Assembly: GCA_964035545.1 (NCBI GenBank) | Contig: OZ037767.1 | Coordinates: 31,016,628-31,080,627, forward strand | Length of the DNA stretch: 64,000 nt | From: Bugula neritina | Lineage: Eukaryota; Animalia; Bryozoa | Direction: 5' to 3' | In this document: positions 15,127 through 27,300 of the stretch, piece after piece | Numbering within the stretch: position 1 is the stretch's first letter | Layout of the letters: the number at the start of each line of letters is the position of its first letter | Position numbers and translations under genes: made by a program | Notes under the pieces: generated by a model | Told to the model about the DNA's origin: nothing | Database searches by the model: none | Seen by the model: the letters and a program-made list of their open reading frames with translations, nothing else

Positions 15127-18100
15127 TAACATATCGACATGTACGGAGAAGATAAATCCCTCAGGAAAAAGATCGGCAGCTTTGGGTCTCATGAGTTTGT
15201 AGGACTTGGTTATGGTAACTTCTGCCACGCCTGCTATGTCTCCAATCTCTAGAGAAGATAACCAGAGAGTGTTAGCACAGACTACCAAATATTCTACAAT
15301 CTTTGGTCTGACAATTCCAATCACAAGTAACACACTACACAGCTTCGCAGTTAATGCCTACAGTCATCTGCCTACAGTCAGCTGCCTAGTGCTTGTATAT
15401 TTAGTGAAAATACTAATCAGTGAGGATTGTGGTTGCTAAATACACCATATAAATGTATTGAAGAGTAATAAATAGGACAACTCCTTATAGTTGAGATATA
15501 AACAAGTTCCCAGCCAGCTCTTTAGAGTCACTGTAACTAAGAGATGCACACAAAACACTCTGTGAATACAGGTCAGTGCTTATCTATAGTAACATACCTT
15601 TCTGTGTTTTCTTCTGATCTGACGCCTGTGACGCCATGTATATTGCTGCCGCTGCCACAGAAATTGGACTTCTGCCAGAGCAGAGGTCAAGATCTGCTGC
15701 CCTCTTTGCTATGTATGTTGCTGCCTTCTGAACTACAGCTGGGAGTCCCAAGTTACTGCAGAACCGAGACTGCAAACAGAGACACAGTTTATGAATTCAT
15801 AAATACACAACAAAAAGTTAAACTACTAGAGGGGGATCAGAGGGGTATGCAGTCACTGTTGATGGGGGGAGAGTGCTTGAGAGAACATTAGACTGATTAG
15901 ACCTGAAATATATAGTAAATATTCCACGAAAGGGCTCTACGCTTGACCCATCTATCAGGTAACATTAGGAGACTATTAGGCTACAATTATAACTGAGTTT
16001 TAAGCTCTACAGCACATGATAATGTGCAGGCATTTTCAATCTCTAATAGTGACATGACATCTAGTAGCAGGTGATCTGATAGTGACATGGCATGTAGTAG
16101 CAGGTGATCTGATAGTGACATGGCATGTAGTAGCAGGAGATCTAATAGTGACAAGTCATGGAGTAGCAGGTGATCTGATAGTGACATATCACCTAGTAGC
16201 AGGTGATCTGATAGTGACATGGCATGTAGTAGCAGGTGATCGAATAGTGACATGGCGTGTAGGAGCAGGTGATCTGATAGTGACATGGCACCTAGTAGCA
16301 GGTGCAGGCAGGTGCTCAAATAGTTCTCACAGAATACACTAGAGTTACATACCATAAAATCTCCTGTGGTTATCAGATCTAAGCTAGTTTCTTGGGTACG
16401 TATTATTTTTTTGAAGGTTCTGCCAATTTCCTTCTTTGATACTTTGCTCACAGCACAGATTTCTAGAGGAATAATAAAATAGAAACATCTGCACCTAACT
16501 ATACTATATAAATATCCATCTAACTACACTATGTAGGAAAGAGGAAATTAAGTGCTTTATTGAGAGCAGACAACTCACAAACACCGAACATAGAGTTACA
16601 AATTCTATATCTACATTTTTAAAAGATTAGACAAAATAAAAACTTCTAATTTTGAGATCTTGATTTCCATTTCACGATGTAAATCTAACCTCGTCAGAGT
16701 ATGGCATTGGTTAGTAATGCAGAATGTCCTCCACAGATTAATGAAATACATGAATGAGTATTTAATTGTAATAAGACCAATGTACCAGTAGTACCTGTTA
16801 TGTAACAATATCACCGTGAAATTTTCCAGAGTAAGACAGCACCTCGTCTCAGCATATGATCTATGCAAAGAAATAACTAGATATACAGCACAAACATACT
16901 CACCTTTAAACGTCCTTGGCACGCCCTCCTGACGACAGGATATGTAGACACAAGCGGAGGCGATTGCGTCATTGCTAGCCGAGCCCTTGAGAGCCTTGCT
17001 GTCGTGTATTTGTTTGAAGAGAGTGTTTCCTCTGTCTACTATGTTGCTCGGTAGATTCAGTCTGTCGGCCATTTGTGACATTTCTCTGAGTGCGTTCATC
17101 AGATTACGGTCTGAGCTGGACACCTGCGCATTGTATACTACAGCTACAGTATTGTTTACTACATACAACTACAGTAATGTATACTACATAGTAGCTACAG
17201 TATTGTACACGACATACAGCTACAGTAATGTGCACTACATACAACTACAATAATGTATAATACATACAACTACAGTAATGTATACTACATACAGCTAGAG
17301 TAATGTATACTACATACAGCTACAGTAATGTATACTACATACAACTACATTAATGTACACTACATACAACTACAATAATGTGCACTACATACAGCTACAG
17401 TAATGTATACTACATACAGCTACAGTATTGTATACTACATACAGCTACAGTAATGTATACTACATACAACTACAGTAATGTGCACTACATACAACTACAA
17501 TAATGTATAATACATACAACTACAGTAATGTATACTACATACAACTACAGTAATGTATACTACATACAGCTAGAGTAATGTATACTACATACAGCTACAG
17601 TAATGTATACTACATATAGAAATGAGAACAATAGCATGAGCTACACAACATTACTGCTCTAACAACTCATGATAATACCTTAAACCTGCATTCTATAATC
17701 ACAGTCTAAAGAATAAAAAGAGACACATCGGCTTACGTTTTTTCTGTTTTTATACCCTGAATCGTCTCCACCTGTCGTCTGTATCATAGTTGTAAGATCT
17801 GCACCTTCTAAGAGTGTATTCTGCATAAATTGAACAAAAGTGCGCGTGATATGAACACAGTGTCAAACGAGTCAGCAACTTTATGTTTCCCCAACACCTA
17901 CCTCAGCAGTACCACTCTAAACACCTACCTCGGCAGTACCACTCTAAACACTTACCTCAGTAGTACCACTCTAAACACCTACCTCAGCAGCACCACTCTA
18001 AACACCTACCTCGGCAGTACCACTCTAAACACTTACCTCAGCAGCACCACTCTAGACACTGACCTTGGCAGCACCCATTCTAGACACCTACCTCAGCAGT

Positions 18101-19568
18101 ACCAACTCTAGACACCTACCTCAGCAGCACCACTCTAGACACTTACCTCAGAAGCACCAATTCTAGACACTTACCTCAGCAGCACCAACTCTAGACATAT
18201 CTTTGGAGTTTTTATCATTACTGAATGTACGCCACTCGGAGCCAACATCAATGACTCTGTCTCCCACGACGAGTCCGCAGAGAGAGCAGATCATATCCCC
18301 TGCGTGGTAGTCCTCTATAAGAGGGGCATCTGGGTGACTTTTACAGTGCAGGACATTCATTCTAAGTGCATATATTGCATATGGTATAAAGAGGCGAAGT
18401 TAAACAGTCATTTACTGTATAAAAATGAATATCAAAGTTAAAATCTGATAACCAGTGAAAAATTATTAAATGTAGTGGAGAAAAATTTTTTAATAGCCAG
18501 GGTCTTTTATCAGGTTAATGAAATTTGGTGTGCAGTGCAAGTTAAAAACATCCAGAAAACATGTGGTACTTCCTTATCTAGAACATAGACTTGGTTCAAA
18601 GTTTTCAATTTTTGCTTCTAGTTTTAGAAAATTTGTGTTAAGAAAAATATAATACACCACAGTGACGTACAATAATGCCAAATATTAGAATATCGCATAA
18701 TTAAAATATAACCTAACAGTAACAATAAATGACGAAACAACAATAAATATAACTAAAAACTAAACTTTATACGATCCAACTATTATAAGTATAACTATGT
18801 AATTTGTAACTCAATATCAATATCATTATGATTATAATAACTCAAACACTTGAGTTAGCAGCATGTAAGTATTACTATTAGGGTAACTATTGGTATAATT
18901 TAAATTATTAATATTATTTATTAATTATTTAGTAAAAGGTTAATGTTATGCCTAATTTTATATTCGTTTTTAACACAAAAAGCATAACCATAATGATAAT
19001 GATAATCTTAATGATTAAATTTAATGCAACTAACTCATAATTTATATTATTATTCATAAGATTAAGATAAGCTAAAAGATAATGATAATCATAATGATAA
19101 TGAATAGTGGTAACCTGTACTACTACTACTACTAGTAGTAGTAGTACTAGTAGTATAACTTATACTTATACTCACTATAACTTATAGTTATAGTATAACT
19201 ATAAGCATTAGATTTAGAGTTAGACTTACTCTTACTCTTAGAGTTAGTACTACATTTTGATTTAGATTTACTGACTTAGTTTTACTATTACTATAGTATT
19301 AGTATTAGACTATTACTATTATACTAACTATTGCTATTAGTATTACTCTATTACTATTACTATTAGTATTAGTATTTCTATTATTATTACTGTATTAGTA
19401 TTAGTATAAGTATTACTATTACTATTACTATTAGTATTACTATGTCTATTGCAGTATTGGTGAACTGTTAAACTTAAAAACTATAAAATTATTATAACTA
19501 TAAGTATCATTCTTATCTTTAACTTATGCTTACCTAAGAGGCCCACGGCTTCGACTAGTAGACGCCAT
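15115..19568 (-). CDS. GTF2B: Transcription initiation factor IIB
   Basis: Exons 19534-19568, 18175-18361, 17737-17820, 16904-17123, 16353-16462, 15598-15769, 15115-15248 with consistent phases. Motifs: MASTSR start, Zn ribbon [41 protein letters not shown], cyclin repeats [56 protein letters not shown]. Confidence 0.98.
16047..16303. repeat. 33-bp minisatellite, ~8 copies, in a TFIIB intron
   Basis: Unit ATAGTGACATGGCATGTAGTAGCAGGTGATCTG. Confidence 0.92.
17130..17617. repeat. 23-bp minisatellite, ~21 copies, running into the TFIIB exon-4 acceptor
   Basis: Unit TACAGTAATGTATACTACATACA(R)C-like, period 23; the last degenerate copy ends at the acceptor CAG (17124-17126). Confidence 0.92.
17893..18197 (-). 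repeat. 27-28-bp repeat, ~11 copies, containing the TFIIB exon-2 end and 5' splice site
   Basis: Minus-strand unit TAGAGTGGTRCTGCTGAG|GTARGTGTY. Confidence 0.92.
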
Positions 19569-19569
19569 A

Positions 19570-19870
19570 ACTCTTCAGTTTCGACGTTATCTTTATTGTA
19601 GCAAATTTTGAAATAATAACATATGCTCCGAACATGAACATGAACATGAAACGAAGTTCAACTTGATTTTCTATTTCTGACAAAGCATTTGTCATAATTT
19701 CCACTGACGTCAAAGACCAAAATAGTGTTAGTTGATAAATTTCATAAAAGTTTTCCAAGAGATACTTGTCGAATTACTATCAATGAAACTAATAGTTCGC
19801 CCAATAAAAGCAACCGTTGAATGAACTCTCTTGGTAGCTAAGTAATTATTACAATTTCAATATGGCGTTT
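19570..19870. promoter_or_regulatory. Probable bidirectional promoter (GTF2B / DUSP)
   Basis: Lies immediately upstream of the GTF2B ATG. Contains a full CRE TGACGTCA (19705-19712) and a YY1-like AATATGGCG (19859-19867). Candidate plus-strand donors at ~20018 and ~20040 suggest a non-coding first DUSP exon (inference). Confidence 0.55.
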
Positions 19871-21334
19871 TCCTAATTTTTTGAGAATAGGATATCCCTA
19901 TTATATTCTTATTGAAACCTCAACTTGATCCCACATTTATCTTGATTATGACTTGAGCCGTTTTTAGCGCATTATCACATTCTTGCCAATTACAGTTAAT
20001 TATCGAAGTTGTTAAGGTAGGCTTTTTCAATTGTGACAGGTATTTCAGTTTCAGTCACAGTGTGATTATCAGTATGAGTATGAGTATGACCTAGTCAGTA
20101 GTCTTATGCCTATGGCCAATGGGATTGAGTATGGCTATGACTATGAGTTCTAACTTTTAGTTTTACTTTACACTCGTTATTGTAGTAAAACTAATACTTT
20201 AACTTTAAGTATGAAATTAAAATAGATGCAATAGTAAAAAAGACATTTTTTAAATGAATATTTATGCTATCAGTATCAGTATAACTATAAGTATAAGTAT
20301 ACTGTATAAGTATACTTATTAATTAGTATATTTTAATTTGGCACTAGCCATATGAATAATATTTATATGACCTAGATTTGTTGTATTGATATTTTTGCTT
20401 GATTTTAAAATTAACTGTAGCTGTAGTGTCTGAATATCTCAAAGGTTTTGTTGGTCATCAGTAAAGGAAGCAAGGCGTTTAGATTAGGTTGTCAGTATAG
20501 TAGTGCTTCAGCGTTCTGATTTCTGCATTGAACACTCACTAAGACTTTCTAATATATTCCTTCTTAATGCATTAAAATTTTCCTCAGTCTTATTCTTTCT
20601 CTCAGCACTTTCCTTCACACTCTTTTATATACACATCATATTAGCAACTATATAGACCACAGATCTGCACTATAGGTATTTCACGTTATTGTTGAGCATC
20701 TATAAGATGTTCTTGGTGCTGTCATTTCACAGTCATAAAAACATGGCTGTCAAAGCTCACAATAACTTGTCATGGTGTATTGTGAAACTCTATCATAATA
20801 TCTATAAGCACAGTATAAGGAGTTGCCTTTCCATAGATAAGAAGAAATGCTGTGGAGTTGCCTTCACCTGTTGAATAAGTTTGTCATTGCTGGATAATAA
20901 GTAAGTGATAGAGAACAAAGGTACTCAGGTTAATGTATTGAACTGGCCTATCACAAGGAATTATGTAAATTGATATTCCTTCCAACCTGAGAAGTTATGT
21001 TAATATCAATACATTAGTTGCTGTATATACAGCATACAATGATATATTATGCACATTTGGCATTGTTTATTTGGGCATACCATAAGTAGATGCCATGTAC
21101 TCTATTGTATGAGTAAGTCATATCTTATCTATTGAATTCATCAGTTGTACTTGACATTGCATTCAGATAGAGCGGTGGTAGTTAGGTATTACATCTTATC
21201 GGAGGGAACTTCATAATATTGAATTCGGCTTTTTATTTGGCGTACAAAGGAGTTTAACCTTTATAAGAAGTTGCAGCTATTGGAGTAGAAGAAAAGCATA
21301 TTATCTCACAGAACTTTCTCTTCATCCCAATGCA

Positions 21335-24300
21335 ATGGGGGCAGCTACATCTGTTAAAGACAGCTCTATCATCTCATCTCTAAAATCTCAAAAAGCTCAG
21401 CGAAAAAGTTTAAGGAATAATTCTTCAAAAGATGCTCGAGTTACGAATGAATACAGCGAGCTTCCCAATCAATCTTCTCGCTACACAAGCTGTGAATCTA
21501 AAAGCATTCCTGTCTCAGGTACAAACGCTACAGGTACAAAAATCAAGTATGATACTAAATTAAACGGCACCAAAGATACGACAGATCATTCTAAAGTAGG
21601 TATTCAGCCGTACGTACCAACTCGCATACCTACCAACTTAAACAATAATTCTAAAAGAGTCTCGATAAAATCTGATAGCATATCTTCTCAAAATGGACAC
21701 CTTCCAGTCAACTCAAAGAAGTCGACTGGTGATTTAAGACGGCCATCATTGACGTCAAAGTCCTCACGTGTACGATCTGTTAGTCCACGGCGCCATCTGG
21801 AGCGTGCTCTCTCGCAAGGCACTATAAGTAGGTCAGAGTTGGAGCACATCAAAAGTGCAATGAGATCTTGTCGATCTGCATCAATGTCTTCACATAGAAA
21901 GTAAGGATTTCACACTTTGAGATGCTTGTAAAAATTACAATTTATTTTCTTAGAATAGGCCAAGCTTGAGCTTGTATTTTATGAGCTTCTTTGTATCATA
22001 CTTAGCAGATATTGTAGTGAGATATAATTGTTGTGCACGACAAGTTAGTGCACTCCAAATCTATGCAAACGTTAAATCAAAAATTTCAGTCATTTGAGCA
22101 AATATCATATTTTCATAGCTAACCTTTGGTGGCCCTACTGATCAATTTCCTTTCTCTCATTATCCCTTTTCTCTTATATTCTCTGCCTGCTATATTAACT
22201 TAGCAAGTTTAAGCTGCTGATTACAGATAGGAGAAAAATCTATAATAATACCTACACGATAACACAAACAAATATTTTAATAAATCTATAGGTTAGCTTT
22301 ATAGCAAACCAGTTACTGTTGGGATTATTGTCTATCGGGTTTTAAATTTCATTTCATTGGTGCTAGTTATTTAGCTGAAGTATTTGTTTAAGAATGTCTA
22401 GGAATACAGAAGGGAATCAATACTAGCTTCTCCAGCGGCTATCCTTGCCACATGTCAACATGTTACAATTAACTCAGCAAAATTAGCAATTGCTCTTAGT
22501 AAATCCAATATATATCCCCACTTGGGTGTCATTTACTGCATTATACTAGTCATGACTACAATAAGTGTGCCAGCATTTCCTTATTGCAATGTATAAAAAG
22601 ATTACAAAATGTTTTCATTTAGGCTGAAGTTTACATGTGCCTTAATTACATCTTTCACCAGCACAATCAATACTATGGTTACTATGACATTGTTTAAGGA
22701 GTTCAAGTGTAGGTTAGATGGTAGGGTAAGGACAATCACCTTCTGGAGGATGAATACAGTGGGATAAGCGCCACTTCTGCTTGAGACTTTTTTATTTTAT
22801 AGTTTGGTCTTTCATTATACTGTTTCAGTAATACAAGTTTTATTTCATGCAGCTTACTTTGAATCTTTGATATCCACGCTGTTCCATTTTCAGTTGGCCT
22901 TATAAAAAGGCCCATAAACTTTACTCATGCTGAAATGTTTATAAATTTAATCACAGTGTATATCAACTTGTCATAATTTGTATCTTGCATAACTAAATCT
23001 CGCTAATAATTAGTTGTACACGTAGGTAATTGGCTGGTACTGGCTTGCTAATCTAGGTTACTGGCCGATATGCACCAGTATCAAAAGCAGACCATAAATG
23101 AAGCAATATTTCCTAATCACAAGGTTTCCTCTAGCTAACCTTTTGTTCAAGTTATAAATTTAACAGGTAATCTGCATGAAATCATGAAAAGTGTTTTAAT
23201 TTTTCTCAAATAGAATTAATTTTTTTGCTGATCATATAGCGACCAACATGTAATCCAATATTTTTAGTGGACAGCTATATAAACTGTTACAACTATACTG
23301 CTGTAAGACCTCTGGTTAAAACAATTACCACGGCGCTAGAATTGGTGTAAAACCAGTTTAATTCTGAGGAACTAACTAGCTTTTTATTCATACTGCAATT
23401 AGTGCAAGTAGAAATTGATGGGGCTAATGGAAAAGCTCAGTTTAAAAGAGATGTAATAGCTGAGTAAAAGCACTCATCCCATGTACTGTTTTTGCTAAGA
23501 TGGCATTTGGGCGTATCAGCATACTTTTTTAAAGAATTTGGATCGTGTTTAGAGTTGCCGGAGCCATATATAGTAAATATTTTCAATATGTTAATTTTTG
23601 TGAATAATTTCACGTCTCATTGAGTTAAGCAGAATTTTGCATATAAATGAAGTAACTGAATGAATGACATAGCTAACTTGCACACTTCTATTGTTGTCTG
23701 ATAACTTATTAGCATAATTTGTATTTATACTGCAGTGAGCTACTATTAATGTATACTATATATCACATATGCAAAATACGAACTAGCGCCTATATGTATA
23801 TGTATAATAGTACATTTATTAATATATAATTTATAATAATATATATACATGTAATAATAGGCTTATATGACCAAATATTCACACTATATTAAATTATAGC
23901 ATATATGCACTCTTACAATTTTCTGTCGTGGAAAATGTTGAATACTTATTTCACAGTCTAACAATAATTCGGCCATGTTTATTAATATTTTAGAAGACCA
24001 TCTCGTTCTAGAAGCATCTCTCATGAACTAGCTTCAGCACATCCAGACAAAATGACTTCATTTGTTGTTGGAAATCCTCCAAAGTTTACTTCTGGTGCTT
24101 TTGGCAACCTTGGTAAGTGCTTCTGTGGAATATTATGAAAAGAGGAATTTTGGAAAATTATATTTGAAGTTTGGATTGTAAAAACTGAAGATGTAAAACT
24201 TTGTTCTATTTAAATATCTGTTTATACTTAAACTTGTTTAGCGAATTGGCAGTGTGAGTTTAAAGAGCTCAGGCCATCACTGTCGTCTGCTTCTGAATGA

Positions 24301-27300
24301 GTTCTCTTTTTCAGTTGACGACTACCGGTTTCCTTATCTTTGAAATCATCATAAAGTTCTTTCTATGTTTGTCAACGAATCTCAAAATTTGGTTGAGTTT
24401 TGGCAAGTTTAGCACAGCTTTGTTGTATAACTGTTCAGTTGCATAAGAATTAGAGTTATAAAAACAAAATCAGCGGTAAAAATTAGGTCATACTCGTATA
24501 GGTTATAAATACAATTTTATAGTGTATCCAGTCGAGTGGAAGGTGTAAGTTGAGTGGAAGGTGTAAGTTAAGTGGAAGGTGTAAGTTGAGTGGAAGGTGT
24601 AAGTTGAGTGGAAGGTGTAAGTTAAGTGGAAGGTGTAAGTTGAGTGGAAGGTATAAGTTGAGTGGAAGGTGTAAGTTAAGTGGAAGGTGTAAGTTGAGTG
24701 GAAGGTGTAAGTTGAGTGGAAGGTGTAAGTTAAGTGGAAGGTGTAAGTTGAGTGGAAGGTGTAAGTTGAGTGGAAGGTGTAAGTTAAGTGGAAGGTGTAA
24801 GTTGAGTGGAAGGTGTAAGTTGAGTGGAAGGTGTAAGTTAAGTGGAAGGTGTAAGTTGAGTGGAAGGTGTAAGTTGAGTGGAAGGTGTAAGTTAAGTAGA
24901 AGGTGTAAGTTAAGTAGAAGTAAGTGTATATATACATAATCTATAAGGTGAATATAGTTTCTATTTATCTTCCAGGTACGTTCAAGTCAATATCACCTGT
25001 GAATGAAAGCCTCTACATCTGTGGGGTAATGGCCATGTCTGAGCAGAAGTTGAAGGCCCTGAAAATAAATTGTGTGATCAACGCGACCTTAGAATGGCCT
25101 CCATATCAAATACCTGGTTTGGAGGTCGTTACCTGCTATTATACTGCACTATTCACTGTATCCACTTTGTTGTTTTATGGCCAGGGTTATAGTTCAATGG
25201 CTGGGGTCGTCAACTTTTTGTGGTTTCAGAGAACAAATGTTTAGCTTAAGGCCTTTTATTCTTGAAACAGAGTAACATAAATGTATTATAATCTGTCTTC
25301 TTTCACTGGTACCAGCTTTTCATTATTTGCACAACTTGATGGTAAAACTTTGCAAACACATTTTTGTATCCATAATTCATGAAACATTCAATCGAAATGT
25401 TAAGCATGACAAATTATCTTGAAAAACATCTGTTGTTATTATTAATTACTAAAAATAGTCTGCATATGTTACACTGAAAGATTAGCCAATAGGAACCCGT
25501 TACCATACTTGATTGCCTTCCTAATACAGCTGCTAATCCAATGAATCAATCCACAGTGACCAATGCTGAACCTATTGGACATTTTCTGCGTTCCTGTGCT
25601 AAAAAGAATTTTTTGACTTTTGATTTGTAGGATATATTGCAGCAATGGTTGACTTAAAATTATCTGTATATATATGTTGAGGAAACTTTTTTATTCCCTT
25701 GTAGTACAGCACTCTGTTTTCCTGGTTTATTATAGTATTGTTGTAATGTTACCATGGCAACCATTTTCTCTCGCGTATGGTGGACCCTGTCAGCACCATG
25801 TTATTGTAAAATAAGGGATAATATTTAATGATTTTCTTCTTGCTGGAGAAGTCAATGTGACTCAACTATGCACCTTATACACTGGTGTAGACATCGTGTT
25901 GACTTTTTATCTTGAGTCAATAATTTTATTGGATTAACCCATCTTATGGCTATAGCCTTAGGAGTCAAAACAGATATCTAAAGTGTGTTTGTATAACAAA
26001 TAATATATAAATAACTTATGCTATGATGTGTTACTTCTGCACACAGTCTGCTACTTTACAGAAAGTGTGTGACTTTTGTAGCAACTTGATATATTTATAC
26101 AATTTAATACGGACTATATATTACTATTGAAGACTATGTATTATTGTTGCAGACGGTGAGGGTGCAGGTAGATGACGTCCCGTCTTCTAACCTAGCTCCA
26201 TATTTTGACAAAATAGCTGACAAAATGAATGAAGTCATTAGAAGAGGTGGGAAAGTGTTGGTCCACTGTATGGCAGGGATCAGTCGCTCCTCAACCCTGT
26301 GCATAGCTTATCTTATGAAATATAAAGGTACTCAGTCTAACACTCTGTATATCCTATCTTATGAAATATAAAGGTACTCAGTCTAACACTCTGCATAACC
26401 TATTTTATGAAATATAAAGGTACTCAGTCTAACACTCTGTATAGCTTATCTTATGAAATATAAAGGTACTCAGTCTAACATTCTGTATATCCTATCTTAT
26501 CTAATATAAAGGTACACAGTGTATATTAAGACTTGGTAATTAGTAGCCTTAGACAGTTATAATAAAGCTGTTAACATTTACTACGTAGTCTATCAACTCA
26601 TCAATGACAGTTTACTCTGAGCTTAGGCTATATATAGTGCCTAGTTGCACCCTCACCTTAAGTTTATCCATGAAGCTCTAATACCTGTTAAGATTTTAAG
26701 CTATAGCATGGTTGTTGGTATGCTTTGTTATGTTTGACACAGTAACCATAGCAACAATGCAAGGCTGATCATGTGTAGAGTTGTAAGTCTGGCATTTAGT
26801 AAACTAAACTTTGTTGTGTATTTTAATTACTTCCATTTTTGTCAATCACAAAAGCATTCTTGTTGGTGGAAAGCTGCATTTACTGAAAGGTGGCATGCTC
26901 TTAGATGACTCATACTATCAAAATTTGTGTTTAATTGCCCATGAAAAGTTTTAAGATGTAAAATTCACGTTAAAAAGTTTTAGAATATTTAATAAACAAG
27001 TTAAATTTGGCAAAGCTGGTCCATATTTGCTTAGGTTTTGATATATTGTGTTCAAACGCTACTCAAATAGCCAATAAACAAATAAAATTTACTAAATTGT
27101 TTAACTACATTATATAACTGAATTCAAATCAAGCTATAAAATTACTATATTAGCCATCATTTTCAATAACTAAACAATAACATGTTAGTTTTTATTATTG
27201 ATTTCATTCAAGCAAACCAAACACTTTAGTTCTACCAATAATACAGAATAGGTAGCAACAAACATATATATGAAAGTCAACTTTTGTGGTATTAGAGTTT

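Noticed and set aside
14655-18197. Regularly spaced 20-33-bp repeats as a CRISPR-like array
   Set aside because: Units are contiguous with no unique spacers, there are no cas genes, and the context is eukaryotic
24503-24939. SGRCKL / TYTFHS repeat ORFs
   Set aside because: 18-bp intronic tandem repeat
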